This document shows positions 9,241-16,826 of a stretch of DNA of 64,000 nucleotides, in pieces. A program made the translations under genes and the position numbers. Numbering within the stretch: position 1 is the first letter of the stretch; the number at the start of each line of letters is the position of its first letter. A model generated the notes under the pieces. That model did no database searches and was not told the origin of the DNA. It worked only from the letters and a program-made list of their open reading frames with translations. Source of the stretch: Bacilli bacterium (lineage in GTDB: Bacteria; Bacillota_I; Bacilli_A; RF39; UBA660); NCBI GenBank assembly GCA_036342255.1, contig JAZAUS010000008.1, positions 7,661 to 71,660 of the forward strand, written 5' to 3'.

Positions 9241-10095
9241 TTAATTTTTCATTTCTATTTCTAATTCATCTATATATTCATAGTTTAGTGCATTATTTGA
9301 TGTAACTACACTATCACCTATTTCTTGTTCTAAATCACGTCTGGCATTACCTGCTATTTTACCACCATGTCTTGCTACTTCTATATTATCATTTAAGCCT
9401 TTTGGTCTTTTCTTTTTTGCAATCTCTCTTGTTGCTAATTCTCCTAAATCTGCTAAAGCTACTTCAACATCTGTCATATTATCTCTTAATGACTCTTTTC
9501 TAAGGCCTTTAAATGATTTATATTCTTTAGCAGTCATACCTGACCATTCTTTATATATTTCATTTGTTAGAATAGCATATTCTATATTTTCAGTTATTCC
9601 ACCATTTTTCCATATATCAGTAAGCTTTTTTCTATCCTGAATACCTTTAATTCTTTTGGCTATCCAATTTTCGTCATAGCCTTTTTTTCTATATAAATCT
9701 ATTGCCCTCTGGACTGTTAATGATGGATCAAATGTTTCATCTATTCTTTCTTTACCTAGCTTTGCTAACCACTGCTTAATTGGTTCAGCATTCTTACTAG
9801 GAATTGACTCAATAATCCTGAACATACCTTCAATGTCTACAACATCAGTTTTATAGTATTTCCCATCAGAAGCTTTTAATTTCAGTTGGTTACAATTTGT
9901 AACCGACTCATTTCCTTCTTTTTTTAATCTATGTTTTAATACTTTCCAATAATTTCTTGGATTATCACTTTCTGACAGAATTCCTACTATATCTACAACA
10001 CTTATAAAATACTTTTCGCTTTCTTTATCCCAAATGGTTCTAATGGTTTCATTATTAAATAATTTATTTATTAAATGCATTTTATCTTGATTCAT
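9241..10095 (-). CDS. BRO-N domain protein (DinD/antirepressor-like)
   Basis: N-terminus FNNETIRTIWDKESEKYFISVVDIVGILSES..NPRNYWKVLK is BRO-N like. C-terminal part resembles DinD-type proteins. Confidence 0.7.
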   Translation of the reverse strand: MNQDKMHLINKLFNNETIRTIWDKESEKYFISVVDIVGILSESDNPRNYWKVLKHRLKKEGNESVTNCNQLKLKASDGKYYKTDVVDIEGMFRIIESIPSKNAEPIKQWLAKLGKERIDETFDPSLTVQRAIDLYRKKGYDENWIAKRIKGIQDRKKLTDIWKNGGITENIEYAILTNEIYKEWSGMTAKEYKSFKGLRKESLRDNMTDVEVALADLGELATREIAKKKRPKGLNDNIEVARHGGKIAGNARRDLEQEIGDSVVTSNNALNYEYIDELEIEMKN

Positions 10096-10116
10096 TTTTT
10101 ACCCTCCTTGTAATAT

Positions 10117-10145
10117 ATTGTAACAAACACTTGTTTGTGTGTCAA
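10117..10145 (-). promoter_or_regulatory. Promoter of BRO-N gene with palindromic operator in the spacer
   Basis: TTGACA-17-TACAAT. The spacer holds ACAAACAAGTGTTTGT, a perfect 6-bp inverted repeat and a symmetric two-mismatch variant of a LexA box. Confidence 0.6.
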
Positions 10146-10169
10146 CTGTTATTTTTCTAATTGACATGT

Positions 10170-10193
10170 AAAAGGCCTGAATGTTATTCAGGC
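10170..10193 (-). terminator. Terminator of the DUF4417 three-gene operon
   Basis: GCCTGAAT-AAC-ATTCAGGC + CUUUU. Confidence 0.55.
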
Positions 10194-10204
10194 TTGGTAT
10201 TATA

Positions 10205-10251
10205 AAATAAATATTTATCTGGTATTTGTTGGAATTAATCTCCTTTTGACT
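10205..10251 (+). repeat. Direct repeat copy A (relic of the 3' end of the hydrolase gene)
   Basis: AAATAAATATTTATCTGGTA identical (20 nt) and ~80 percent identical over ~47 nt to 13259-13306. Confidence 0.7.
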
Positions 10252-10260
10252 GGAGTTAAT

Positions 10261-10797
10261 TTATATATCTCTATTAGTTCTATTTATATCTACTTTAATA
10301 TTTGTTTCTTCACCTCTATATTGTTCTTTAATTGTATCTTTATTTAGAATGTCATCTATATCTTTATCAATATTAATCTCCATTGTTTCCATGTAGAACC
10401 AATCTCTAGATATTATATAATCATGTTCATCTGTTATGAAGACTATTGCTTCATCATATGATATTTCATACTCATCATTATAGTTAATTAAATCATTAAC
10501 TATTTTAATGGAGATGATTTTTTCGTTGATGTTTATATTTTTAACTGTATTATCATTTTCAAAATGACTAAAATCATATTCTTTATCTACTTTATCAATA
10601 GTAAAATATGTTATGTCTTCATAATCACCAATTAAATTTTTCTTGTGCATCTCATTAGATATGATGATTGCATAATCTGAAAAATCTAATTTTATTTTTC
10701 CAAACACTGGTTCAGTATAATATATTTTTTCTAATTTATTACCTTTTATATTTTTTAACAAATCTTCTTCTTTTATTATGAATTTTTGTTTAATCAT
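10261..10797 (-). CDS. Acidic hypothetical protein, translationally coupled to the upstream gene (possible immunity partner, speculative)
   Basis: Start reset to MIKQKF (GAGGAGGAAAAAAAAT-ATG at 10797). ATGATTAA overlaps the stop of the upstream gene. Confidence 0.45.
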   Translation of the reverse strand: MIKQKFIIKEEDLLKNIKGNKLEKIYYTEPVFGKIKLDFSDYAIIISNEMHKKNLIGDYEDITYFTIDKVDKEYDFSHFENDNTVKNININEKIISIKIVNDLINYNDEYEISYDEAIVFITDEHDYIISRDWFYMETMEINIDKDIDDILNKDTIKEQYRGEETNIKVDINRTNRDI

Positions 10798-11272
10798 ATT
10801 TTTTTTCCTCCTCAAAATGTATTCTTTGATTTTTTATTTTTGGATTAACTTTTGAACTTTTAATATTAATATCTACTGCTGGAGAATTGCCCGTCTTACT
10901 TGTTTTAGTATATACTCGATATGTAATAATTGATCCATCAGGTAAGTATGCTAGTTTGACATTACCATCAGATTTAATATAAGTGTAGCCTTTTGATATT
11001 TTGTTAAAAAAGTTTTCTGCTTCTGAGATTGGTTTGTCAGTATTTATTACTCTTATTTTTGTAGAAGATCCTTTTTTACCAAAGTAGCCACCTTTTGTTA
11101 TAGGATATTTGTTGGTAATAGCTTTTGCATTCTTATTAATGTTATATGTCTTTATGTTATTTATTGAATTTTCTAATTCCTTAATAAGAGATGAATAAGC
11201 TTGCTGTTCAAGTGATAATTGTTTGGAATTACCAACTCCAGTACTTCCTCCTATTTTATTAATTCTTCCCAT
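10790..11272 (-). CDS. Hypothetical 160-aa basic protein (possible orphan toxin-like module, speculative)
   Basis: Overlaps both neighbours (14 nt and 8 nt). The layout ..AENFFNKISKGY..LPDGSIITYRVYTKTSKTGNSPAVDINI..RIHF resembles small polymorphic-toxin C-terminal domains, but I recognise no family. Confidence 0.4.
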   Translation of the reverse strand: MGRINKIGGSTGVGNSKQLSLEQQAYSSLIKELENSINNIKTYNINKNAKAITNKYPITKGGYFGKKGSSTKIRVINTDKPISEAENFFNKISKGYTYIKSDGNVKLAYLPDGSIITYRVYTKTSKTGNSPAVDINIKSSKVNPKIKNQRIHFEEEKKYD

Positions 11273-11987
11273 ATAATTTTCTCCTGTTAGATTCTCTAAT
11301 GGTATTATCAGGAATTACAACTTTCACATTATTCTCGATAGCATATTTAAAGATATCATTAATTATATCATCATTAGTAGTTGAAGTATATACTATTATA
11401 GCATTTAGTTTTAAATGATCTACTGTAAATTTAATAGCTTTTTCTAATTTTTTTCTATTATCTTTATCAGTTAGGCAAGACATAGCATTAAAACATACAA
11501 CTTTGCATTCTTCTATTCCATCAATCATCGTTTCAAATGAATCTTCATCGGTATAAGTCATATTAGGGATTGTAATTATTCCTAATTCATTAGCAAACCA
11601 AAGTGCTACTAATCTCGAATCAAATATTCTTCCTTCGTTGATTGTAGGATAGATATTACCTACTAGACTATAGTCTGGAGATATTATCATTTTTACTCCG
11701 TGAAATCTTTTTTTATAGAAATCTAGTTTTTCTCTTATATTATATTTAATTGAATTTAATAATCCATCATGATCATCAAATTTTTCATCCCATAAGTAAA
11801 AACATAGAGCTGTTAATAATGTCTTAGTATATTTACCAGGTTCAGTATAAAGTGCGAGAAAGTCTGGATATACTTCTAAGTTGCATTTTAAATTTGGCAT
11901 TCTACCAGAGTTAGATGGTGTAGTTGTATTTAGTATTCTTAAATATTCTAATCGAGTTTTTATTTCTATATTATCAACTTTCCTCAT
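11259..11987 (-). CDS. DUF4417 family protein
   Basis: CFYLWDEKFDD, IISPDYSLVGNIYPTINEGRIFDSRLVALWFANELGIITIPNMTY match my memory of the DUF4417 conserved blocks (hFY.DD.kF / PDfS / N.yR / Gi.VIP). Confidence 0.55.
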   Translation of the reverse strand: MRKVDNIEIKTRLEYLRILNTTTPSNSGRMPNLKCNLEVYPDFLALYTEPGKYTKTLLTALCFYLWDEKFDDHDGLLNSIKYNIREKLDFYKKRFHGVKMIISPDYSLVGNIYPTINEGRIFDSRLVALWFANELGIITIPNMTYTDEDSFETMIDGIEECKVVCFNAMSCLTDKDNRKKLEKAIKFTVDHLKLNAIIVYTSTTNDDIINDIFKYAIENNVKVVIPDNTIRESNRRKLYGKN

Positions 11988-12115
11988 ATGTGCACCTGTT
12001 GATTGGTGATTTAAGTCTATTATTCATGATTACTCACCATTCCTTTCTAATAATAATTTGTAAAATATTCTTAATTTTTTTTTGAAAAATTGAACCTTCA
12101 TGATATAATAGACTT

Positions 12116-12184
12116 GTAACCGAATCTATTAGATTTTTGGTTCTTAGTACTTTGTTATCGCTAGTAACAAAGTACTTTTTCTTT
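12116..12184 (+). ncRNA. Small RNA candidate between ImmA and DUF4417 genes
   Basis: TTGAAA-16-TGATATAAT (12082-12109), then AACCGAATCTA..hairpin and a perfect 12-bp stem AGTACTTTGTTA/TAACAAAGTACT + UUUUCUUU. The terminator works only in the plus orientation. Confidence 0.4.
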
Positions 12185-12194
12185 ACAATCAATT

Positions 12195-12776
12195 TTATAT
12201 CACCTCTTCTTTCTTAGTTAACTGTTCATGATTAACATCAAACTGTTTAACTAATCTTCTTTCATAGTCTTTGAGAAACAAAGAATATCTTTTCCATTTA
12301 ATAAATCTAACCATTGAATAGTAGCCACATGCCATTGAGGTATTAAATTTTAAGGCTAAATCTATTGGGTCAACTAAACTAAATAAATTAACTAATGGTG
12401 GTGGTGCAATAATATAAACACCAAACCATTCAGCTTCATTTTCAGCTAAAGTGCATTCACATGTATGTTTTAATTCAATATGTCCTATTTCATGAAATAT
12501 AGTGGTTCTTATTCTTTCTGGAGTTAAAGAATCATTATATTCTATTATTCTTTCACCATTGTGGAAATAATTCAATCCATTTGGAAATCTTTCACAAATT
12601 ATTTTCATTTCTTCTTCAGTGTATTTATCAGTATACTTTATTAATACATACTTTCTTTTTTTACATATTTCAAATGGATTAATTGGAATAGTGTGTATAT
12701 CACATTCAACTAATGTTTTTACTACTTTTTTCTTAATATATTCATATCTTTCATCTCTGAGTCTAATTTTAGACAT
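12195..12776 (-). CDS. ImmA/IrrE-family zinc metallopeptidase
   Basis: HEIGHIELKH (HExxH) in a ~190-aa protein directly downstream of an XRE repressor gene. Confidence 0.8.
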   Translation of the reverse strand: MSKIRLRDERYEYIKKKVVKTLVECDIHTIPINPFEICKKRKYVLIKYTDKYTEEEMKIICERFPNGLNYFHNGERIIEYNDSLTPERIRTTIFHEIGHIELKHTCECTLAENEAEWFGVYIIAPPPLVNLFSLVDPIDLALKFNTSMACGYYSMVRFIKWKRYSLFLKDYERRLVKQFDVNHEQLTKKEEVI

Positions 12777-12790
12777 AAATTCCCTCCTGA

Positions 12791-13117
12791 TTATTTGTTT
12801 TTTAAGATAATTCTCATCAGTTCATCGTTTTGTTTATTAGAATAATTTTTAGAATTTCTTGCAAGTAATCCTTCCATTTCATTAAAGCTGATTTCTTTAT
12901 TAAATTCTTCTTTGTCTTTTCTACCTAATAAGTAATCTGTTGTTGTATGTAGAGCAGTGGCAAGATTGCATATTGTTTCTCCATGTGGAATTCTATCTCC
13001 TTTCATATATCTTGATAATGCAGCTTCGGTAATTCCTACATCTTGGGCAAGATCTTTTTGTTTGATATTTTCTCTTGCAAGAAGCTCTCTTAATCTTTCT
13101 ACGAATTTTTCTTCCAT
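12791..13117 (-). CDS. XRE-family helix-turn-helix transcriptional regulator
   Basis: KQKDLAQDVGITEAALSRYMKGDRIP is a classic XRE HTH. Palindromic operator in its promoter. Confidence 0.85.
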   Translation of the reverse strand: MEEKFVERLRELLARENIKQKDLAQDVGITEAALSRYMKGDRIPHGETICNLATALHTTTDYLLGRKDKEEFNKEISFNEMEGLLARNSKNYSNKQNDELMRIILKNK

Positions 13118-13170
13118 ATTATGTGGTTTCCTTTCTCAGTAAGATGACTTTACTCCTCTTACTTACCATT

Positions 13171-13200
13171 AGTATAATACAAAAATTATACTTTTGTCAA
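13171..13200 (-). promoter_or_regulatory. XRE gene promoter with overlapping 8-bp inverted repeat operator
   Basis: TTGACA (13195-13200), then AGTATAAT-N6-ATTATACT (13171-13192) spanning the -10 region. Confidence 0.55.
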
Positions 13201-13237
13201 CTAATTTGAGCTTAAAATTTATTTTTAAAACCCAGAA

Positions 13238-13864
13238 TTATTTTTCTGGGTTTATGTTAAATAAATATTTATCTGGTAATAGTTGGAATTGGTCATCACT
13301 TTTACTAAAGTGATGATCTTGTTTATCTTCTATATATACTTTTATTCTATTAGTTTCTATAGCTTTTAATAGATCTATATAATCTATAGATTGGTCATAT
13401 TCTCCATATATAAATTTAATAGATTCTCCTTTAAAGGATAGAGCTCCTTCTTTAGTTTTATGATAATTATACATTAGGGGACCATTTACTAGAGCCATTC
13501 TTTTTATTTTAGGATATTTATATCCATACCAGGCTCCTATTAGAGCACCATTGGAGAATCCTAAATAATATATTTTATAGTCTTTAAATATGTTAGCATA
13601 GTCTTCTATAATAGTCATGGCGTTATCTAAAGGGTTATGTCCATCAAAGGGATTTGATGAACATATAACACTACAGTTATATTTATTATTTAATCTTTTA
13701 GCCATCTTTATATATTTATTATTATATCCATATAAAGATCCATTCTGACCTGCTTTAATAAATACTATAGTATTATTACCATTTATTATTCCATAATCTA
13801 TTATTATATTATTCATAAACTTACTATGTATTTCTTTATCAAATACTAATTCTTCTTTAGACAT
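13238..13864 (-). CDS. Alpha/beta-hydrolase fold protein
   Basis: Start reset to MSKEELV (AGGTGA-N5-ATG at 13864). Nucleophile elbow GFSNG, then GEYDQS and QDHHF as candidate Asp/His. Confidence 0.55.
   Translation of the reverse strand: MSKEELVFDKEIHSKFMNNIIIDYGIINGNNTIVFIKAGQNGSLYGYNNKYIKMAKRLNNKYNCSVICSSNPFDGHNPLDNAMTIIEDYANIFKDYKIYYLGFSNGALIGAWYGYKYPKIKRMALVNGPLMYNYHKTKEGALSFKGESIKFIYGEYDQSIDYIDLLKAIETNRIKVYIEDKQDHHFSKSDDQFQLLPDKYLFNINPEK
13259..13306 (+). repeat. Direct repeat copy B (inside the 3' coding end of hydrolase gene 13238-13864)
   Basis: Partner of 10205-10251. The two copies bracket the 3-kb XRE/ImmA/DUF4417 module. Confidence 0.7.
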
Positions 13865-13868
13865 ATAT

Positions 13869-13898
13869 ATCACCTATATTGATTATAACATGAAAAAA
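13869..13898 (-). repeat. 30-nt identical promoter/leader block, copy 1
   Basis: Minus strand TTTTTTCATGTTATAATCAATATAGGTGAT, identical to 14838-14867. Confidence 0.8.
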
Positions 13899-13916
13899 GT
13901 AAGAATTGAGTCTTAC

Positions 13917-14834
13917 TTATTTTTCTATTTCATTATACATCATTAAAACATTTATTTTAGATAATATATCATATAGTTTTAATGCTGCTTTCATACATTC
14001 ATGCATTTCATTAGTATAGTTATTAAATTCATTTTTAAAATCAATTATTGGGACATTTAATCTAATTGATAGAGATTTACCTGTTTTAACTATTTTTAAG
14101 TCATTAGATAATTCTTTAATATATTTATTAAATATATCAATATAATTGGCCATTTTATTGAAAGTAAGATCCATATATCCTCTATCAGATTTATGCATAA
14201 TTTTTACTTGTTTAAAGTCTGTTAATAATTCAGGCCATGATGCACTAGAACCTCTTGGACCATGTATTTCATGTATTTTAATTGTCGGATAGTATAATCT
14301 AATAAATTCATAGTATTTTTCCCAAAATTTAGTTACCATTTCATTTTCAATAATAACATAACCAGATTCTTTTTCTTCTATAGCTTTATTGATTAGAGTT
14401 TTAGCATAAATATCATTAGATAGTACTTTAAGAATTTCTTCATAAGATATTTGATATTGATATTTTTCTACATATGGGTTGGTATTTAAATATTGTTTTG
14501 GTGCTATTATTATAGTTTTAAATTCATTATATCTATTATTACTTATTCCTCTTTTTCCTCTTTCAATATATCTTTCTGGTTGTAAATCCATAGCAGGAGC
14601 ATCAATTTTATCTTCAATTAATAATCCTACTTTATGATTTTCTTTTTCAATAATAACTGTTATATCAGATTCTCCTAGATCAGCATCTACATAAGAGTGT
14701 TCTACACTAATTACTTTATAATTTTTATAATTTAATTTATCTAAGAATAATTTAGTTAATTTATTATTAATGAAATTATTAATAACAAGAAGATCCATAT
14801 CTCTTTCTAATACTTTTTCTATTTTAAATAACAT
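13917..14834 (-). CDS. PD-(D/E)XK-type nuclease family protein
   Basis: Start reset to MLFKIEK (14834); the ORF-track N-terminus reads through the promoter. ESDITVIIE..VGLLIEDKIDA fits D/E..ExK. Confidence 0.55.
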   Translation of the reverse strand: MLFKIEKVLERDMDLLVINNFINNKLTKLFLDKLNYKNYKVISVEHSYVDADLGESDITVIIEKENHKVGLLIEDKIDAPAMDLQPERYIERGKRGISNNRYNEFKTIIIAPKQYLNTNPYVEKYQYQISYEEILKVLSNDIYAKTLINKAIEEKESGYVIIENEMVTKFWEKYYEFIRLYYPTIKIHEIHGPRGSSASWPELLTDFKQVKIMHKSDRGYMDLTFNKMANYIDIFNKYIKELSNDLKIVKTGKSLSIRLNVPIIDFKNEFNNYTNEMHECMKAALKLYDILSKINVLMMYNEIEK

Positions 14835-14837
14835 ATA

Positions 14838-14867
14838 ATCACCTATATTGATTATAACATGAAAAAA
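14838..14867 (-). repeat. 30-nt identical promoter/leader block, copy 2
   Basis: Identical to 13869-13898 and placed the same distance before the ATG. Confidence 0.8.
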
Positions 14868-14894
14868 CATATATAGATTATATTCTATATATGT

Positions 14895-16826
14895 TTATTC
14901 TTGATTTAATTTTTTTAACAATATTTCTAACATTTTATCACCATGTTCTTTACTTAATTGTTCTTTCCATTTTTTGTTATCATCTTTTGTTTTTATGTAA
15001 CTGGCCATAATTCTTAGTTTTAGACTTCCTTTATCTATTTGATTCTTATATGAGGCAACTTTTGCACTTGGTGCATCATTAGATAATTCTGAGTTAAATG
15101 ATTTTGAAACGAGACATAAATTGCCAAAATAATTTAATTCTTTTTTATTCTTCCATTCATCAAAGCCTTTGGGATTTCGTGGATAAAAGTGCTCTACTGA
15201 ATTTCTAAATTCAAATTCAAATTTATTATATTGTTTTTCTTTATTATTTTTCCATAATAAATAATCTAAATAATTAAACAATATATGATGAATGTCTACC
15301 CCTTCATAAAAATAATTGTTTTCTTTATTAATAGTATAATTATTATTGTCTTTTGATTTATTAAAATCTTTTATTATATTAATAATATTGTTAATAATTA
15401 TTTCCTCTATTTTATCTTCATACTCTTGATTATTTATATTATCAATAGTATTTAAATATTGTAATGCTTCTGTTATCCAGTGCATTACTTTTGGAGATGT
15501 ATACGATACTCTTAATGCGGCTTGCATCATTATTGAGTTTTTTGATATTGATTTCCAAGTTGGGGATTTCGAACTTGATTTTCTTAATATATCTATACTC
15601 CATTGTCCATCTTTATTTTCATTTGTATATTTTCTCTTTAAAATATAGGAATCAAATAAATATCTAGATTTTAATAGTAAGTAAATGAATTTTAGAGAAA
15701 AATCTTCTTTTGGATTTTTTTTATTTAATTTTAAATAATCTAAATTCTTTATAACTTTTTCAAAGCTCTCTATTAGTTTGTTTTCATCTAATAGATCGTT
15801 TAATATATCATCTTCATTATATTCTGGTTTTATTTCTTCTCGTACAAATACTTTTAGAATGTGTAATAAAAATATTGGATATTTTATTATACTTTCATAT
15901 TTGATTTCTTTATCTTTATCTTCATATTTGGTTATTATTCCTTCTTTACTGTCAGATAAATCTTCAATTATTTTTTTATAATTATTTGTGTTGTTTTTAA
16001 TATCATTAATTGAACAAGTTTTTGGTTGAAATTCAATGTTCTTATTTAAATTATCATATAATTCATCAAAGCTATTTATTATGAATTTGTTCCAATTATC
16101 TCCAAATATTTTTCTTCTTATTTCTGGTGTAAAATTCATTTGTACATATGAATTCATATCAGAACATGCTTCCCATATTTCTGAAAATATTTTTCTTTTA
16201 ATATTTCCTTTTGTTTCGTCATTTTTGTCTATAAAATTTAGTAATCTACTTTTAATTATATCTGTATTTAGTAGTTGCTCACCTCTTGTATTCATTATTT
16301 CAAAATAATGATTTAAATCTGTTTTTTCTGGAACTTCTGTTAGTATTAATTTTGTTCTTTCTAATTTTTGTTTTAACTTATCTTTATCTATTTGTTTAAT
16401 TGTTTCGTTGATATATTTTGCTTTTTCTATGATACTTATATCATATTGTTTACTTATTTCTTTTTTATCTATTAATTTATTTAAATCCTTTAGTGTTTTT
16501 GTTGATTTTTCTCTTAGGCTAAAATGTAGGGTATCTTTTATTGGAAGATTTAAACATTTTAATATGATGTATAGCGTTGTCAATCTTTGTTGACCATCTA
16601 TTATTTCATATTTACCATCATTATTCTTATGTGTTACCATTATTCCTAAATAATATGTTTTTTCTTTGAAATCCATTATGTCTTCAAATAATCTATCTAT
16701 TTGTTCTTCTTCCCATTCATATGATCTTTGATAAATTGGTATTATAAAATCCATATTTTTATCAAAGATACTTTTTTCTTTTTCTAATATATAAAGTTCA
16801 TCTATTTTATCATTATTTATTTTCAT
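14895..16826 (-). CDS. DUF262 + DUF1524 (GmrSD-like) type IV restriction-type nuclease
   Basis: Start reset to MKINNDK (GGTGA-N5-ATG). N-terminus IYQRSYEWEEEQ and IDGQQRLTTL (ParB-like DGQQR). C-terminus VEHFYPRNP..GNLCLVSKSFNSELSN (His-Me finger, DUF1524). Confidence 0.8.
   Translation of the reverse strand: MKINNDKIDELYILEKEKSIFDKNMDFIIPIYQRSYEWEEEQIDRLFEDIMDFKEKTYYLGIMVTHKNNDGKYEIIDGQQRLTTLYIILKCLNLPIKDTLHFSLREKSTKTLKDLNKLIDKKEISKQYDISIIEKAKYINETIKQIDKDKLKQKLERTKLILTEVPEKTDLNHYFEIMNTRGEQLLNTDIIKSRLLNFIDKNDETKGNIKRKIFSEIWEACSDMNSYVQMNFTPEIRRKIFGDNWNKFIINSFDELYDNLNKNIEFQPKTCSINDIKNNTNNYKKIIEDLSDSKEGIITKYEDKDKEIKYESIIKYPIFLLHILKVFVREEIKPEYNEDDILNDLLDENKLIESFEKVIKNLDYLKLNKKNPKEDFSLKFIYLLLKSRYLFDSYILKRKYTNENKDGQWSIDILRKSSSKSPTWKSISKNSIMMQAALRVSYTSPKVMHWITEALQYLNTIDNINNQEYEDKIEEIIINNIINIIKDFNKSKDNNNYTINKENNYFYEGVDIHHILFNYLDYLLWKNNKEKQYNKFEFEFRNSVEHFYPRNPKGFDEWKNKKELNYFGNLCLVSKSFNSELSNDAPSAKVASYKNQIDKGSLKLRIMASYIKTKDDNKKWKEQLSKEHGDKMLEILLKKLNQE

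Noticed and set aside
12619-13142. Plus-strand ORFs 12619-12810 and 12957-13142
   Set aside because: They are antisense to the well-supported ImmA and XRE genes, with no translation signals.
14835-14870. ORF-track N-terminal extensions (e.g. 14870, 13873, 16835, 24342, 25837, 29523, 30140, 33034, 35629, 36749, 59180, 60287, 2710, 10815)
   Set aside because: The extensions begin at GTG, TTG or ATG codons inside promoter or terminator sequence. A canonical SD plus ATG lies a few codons downstream in each case, so the starts were shortened.
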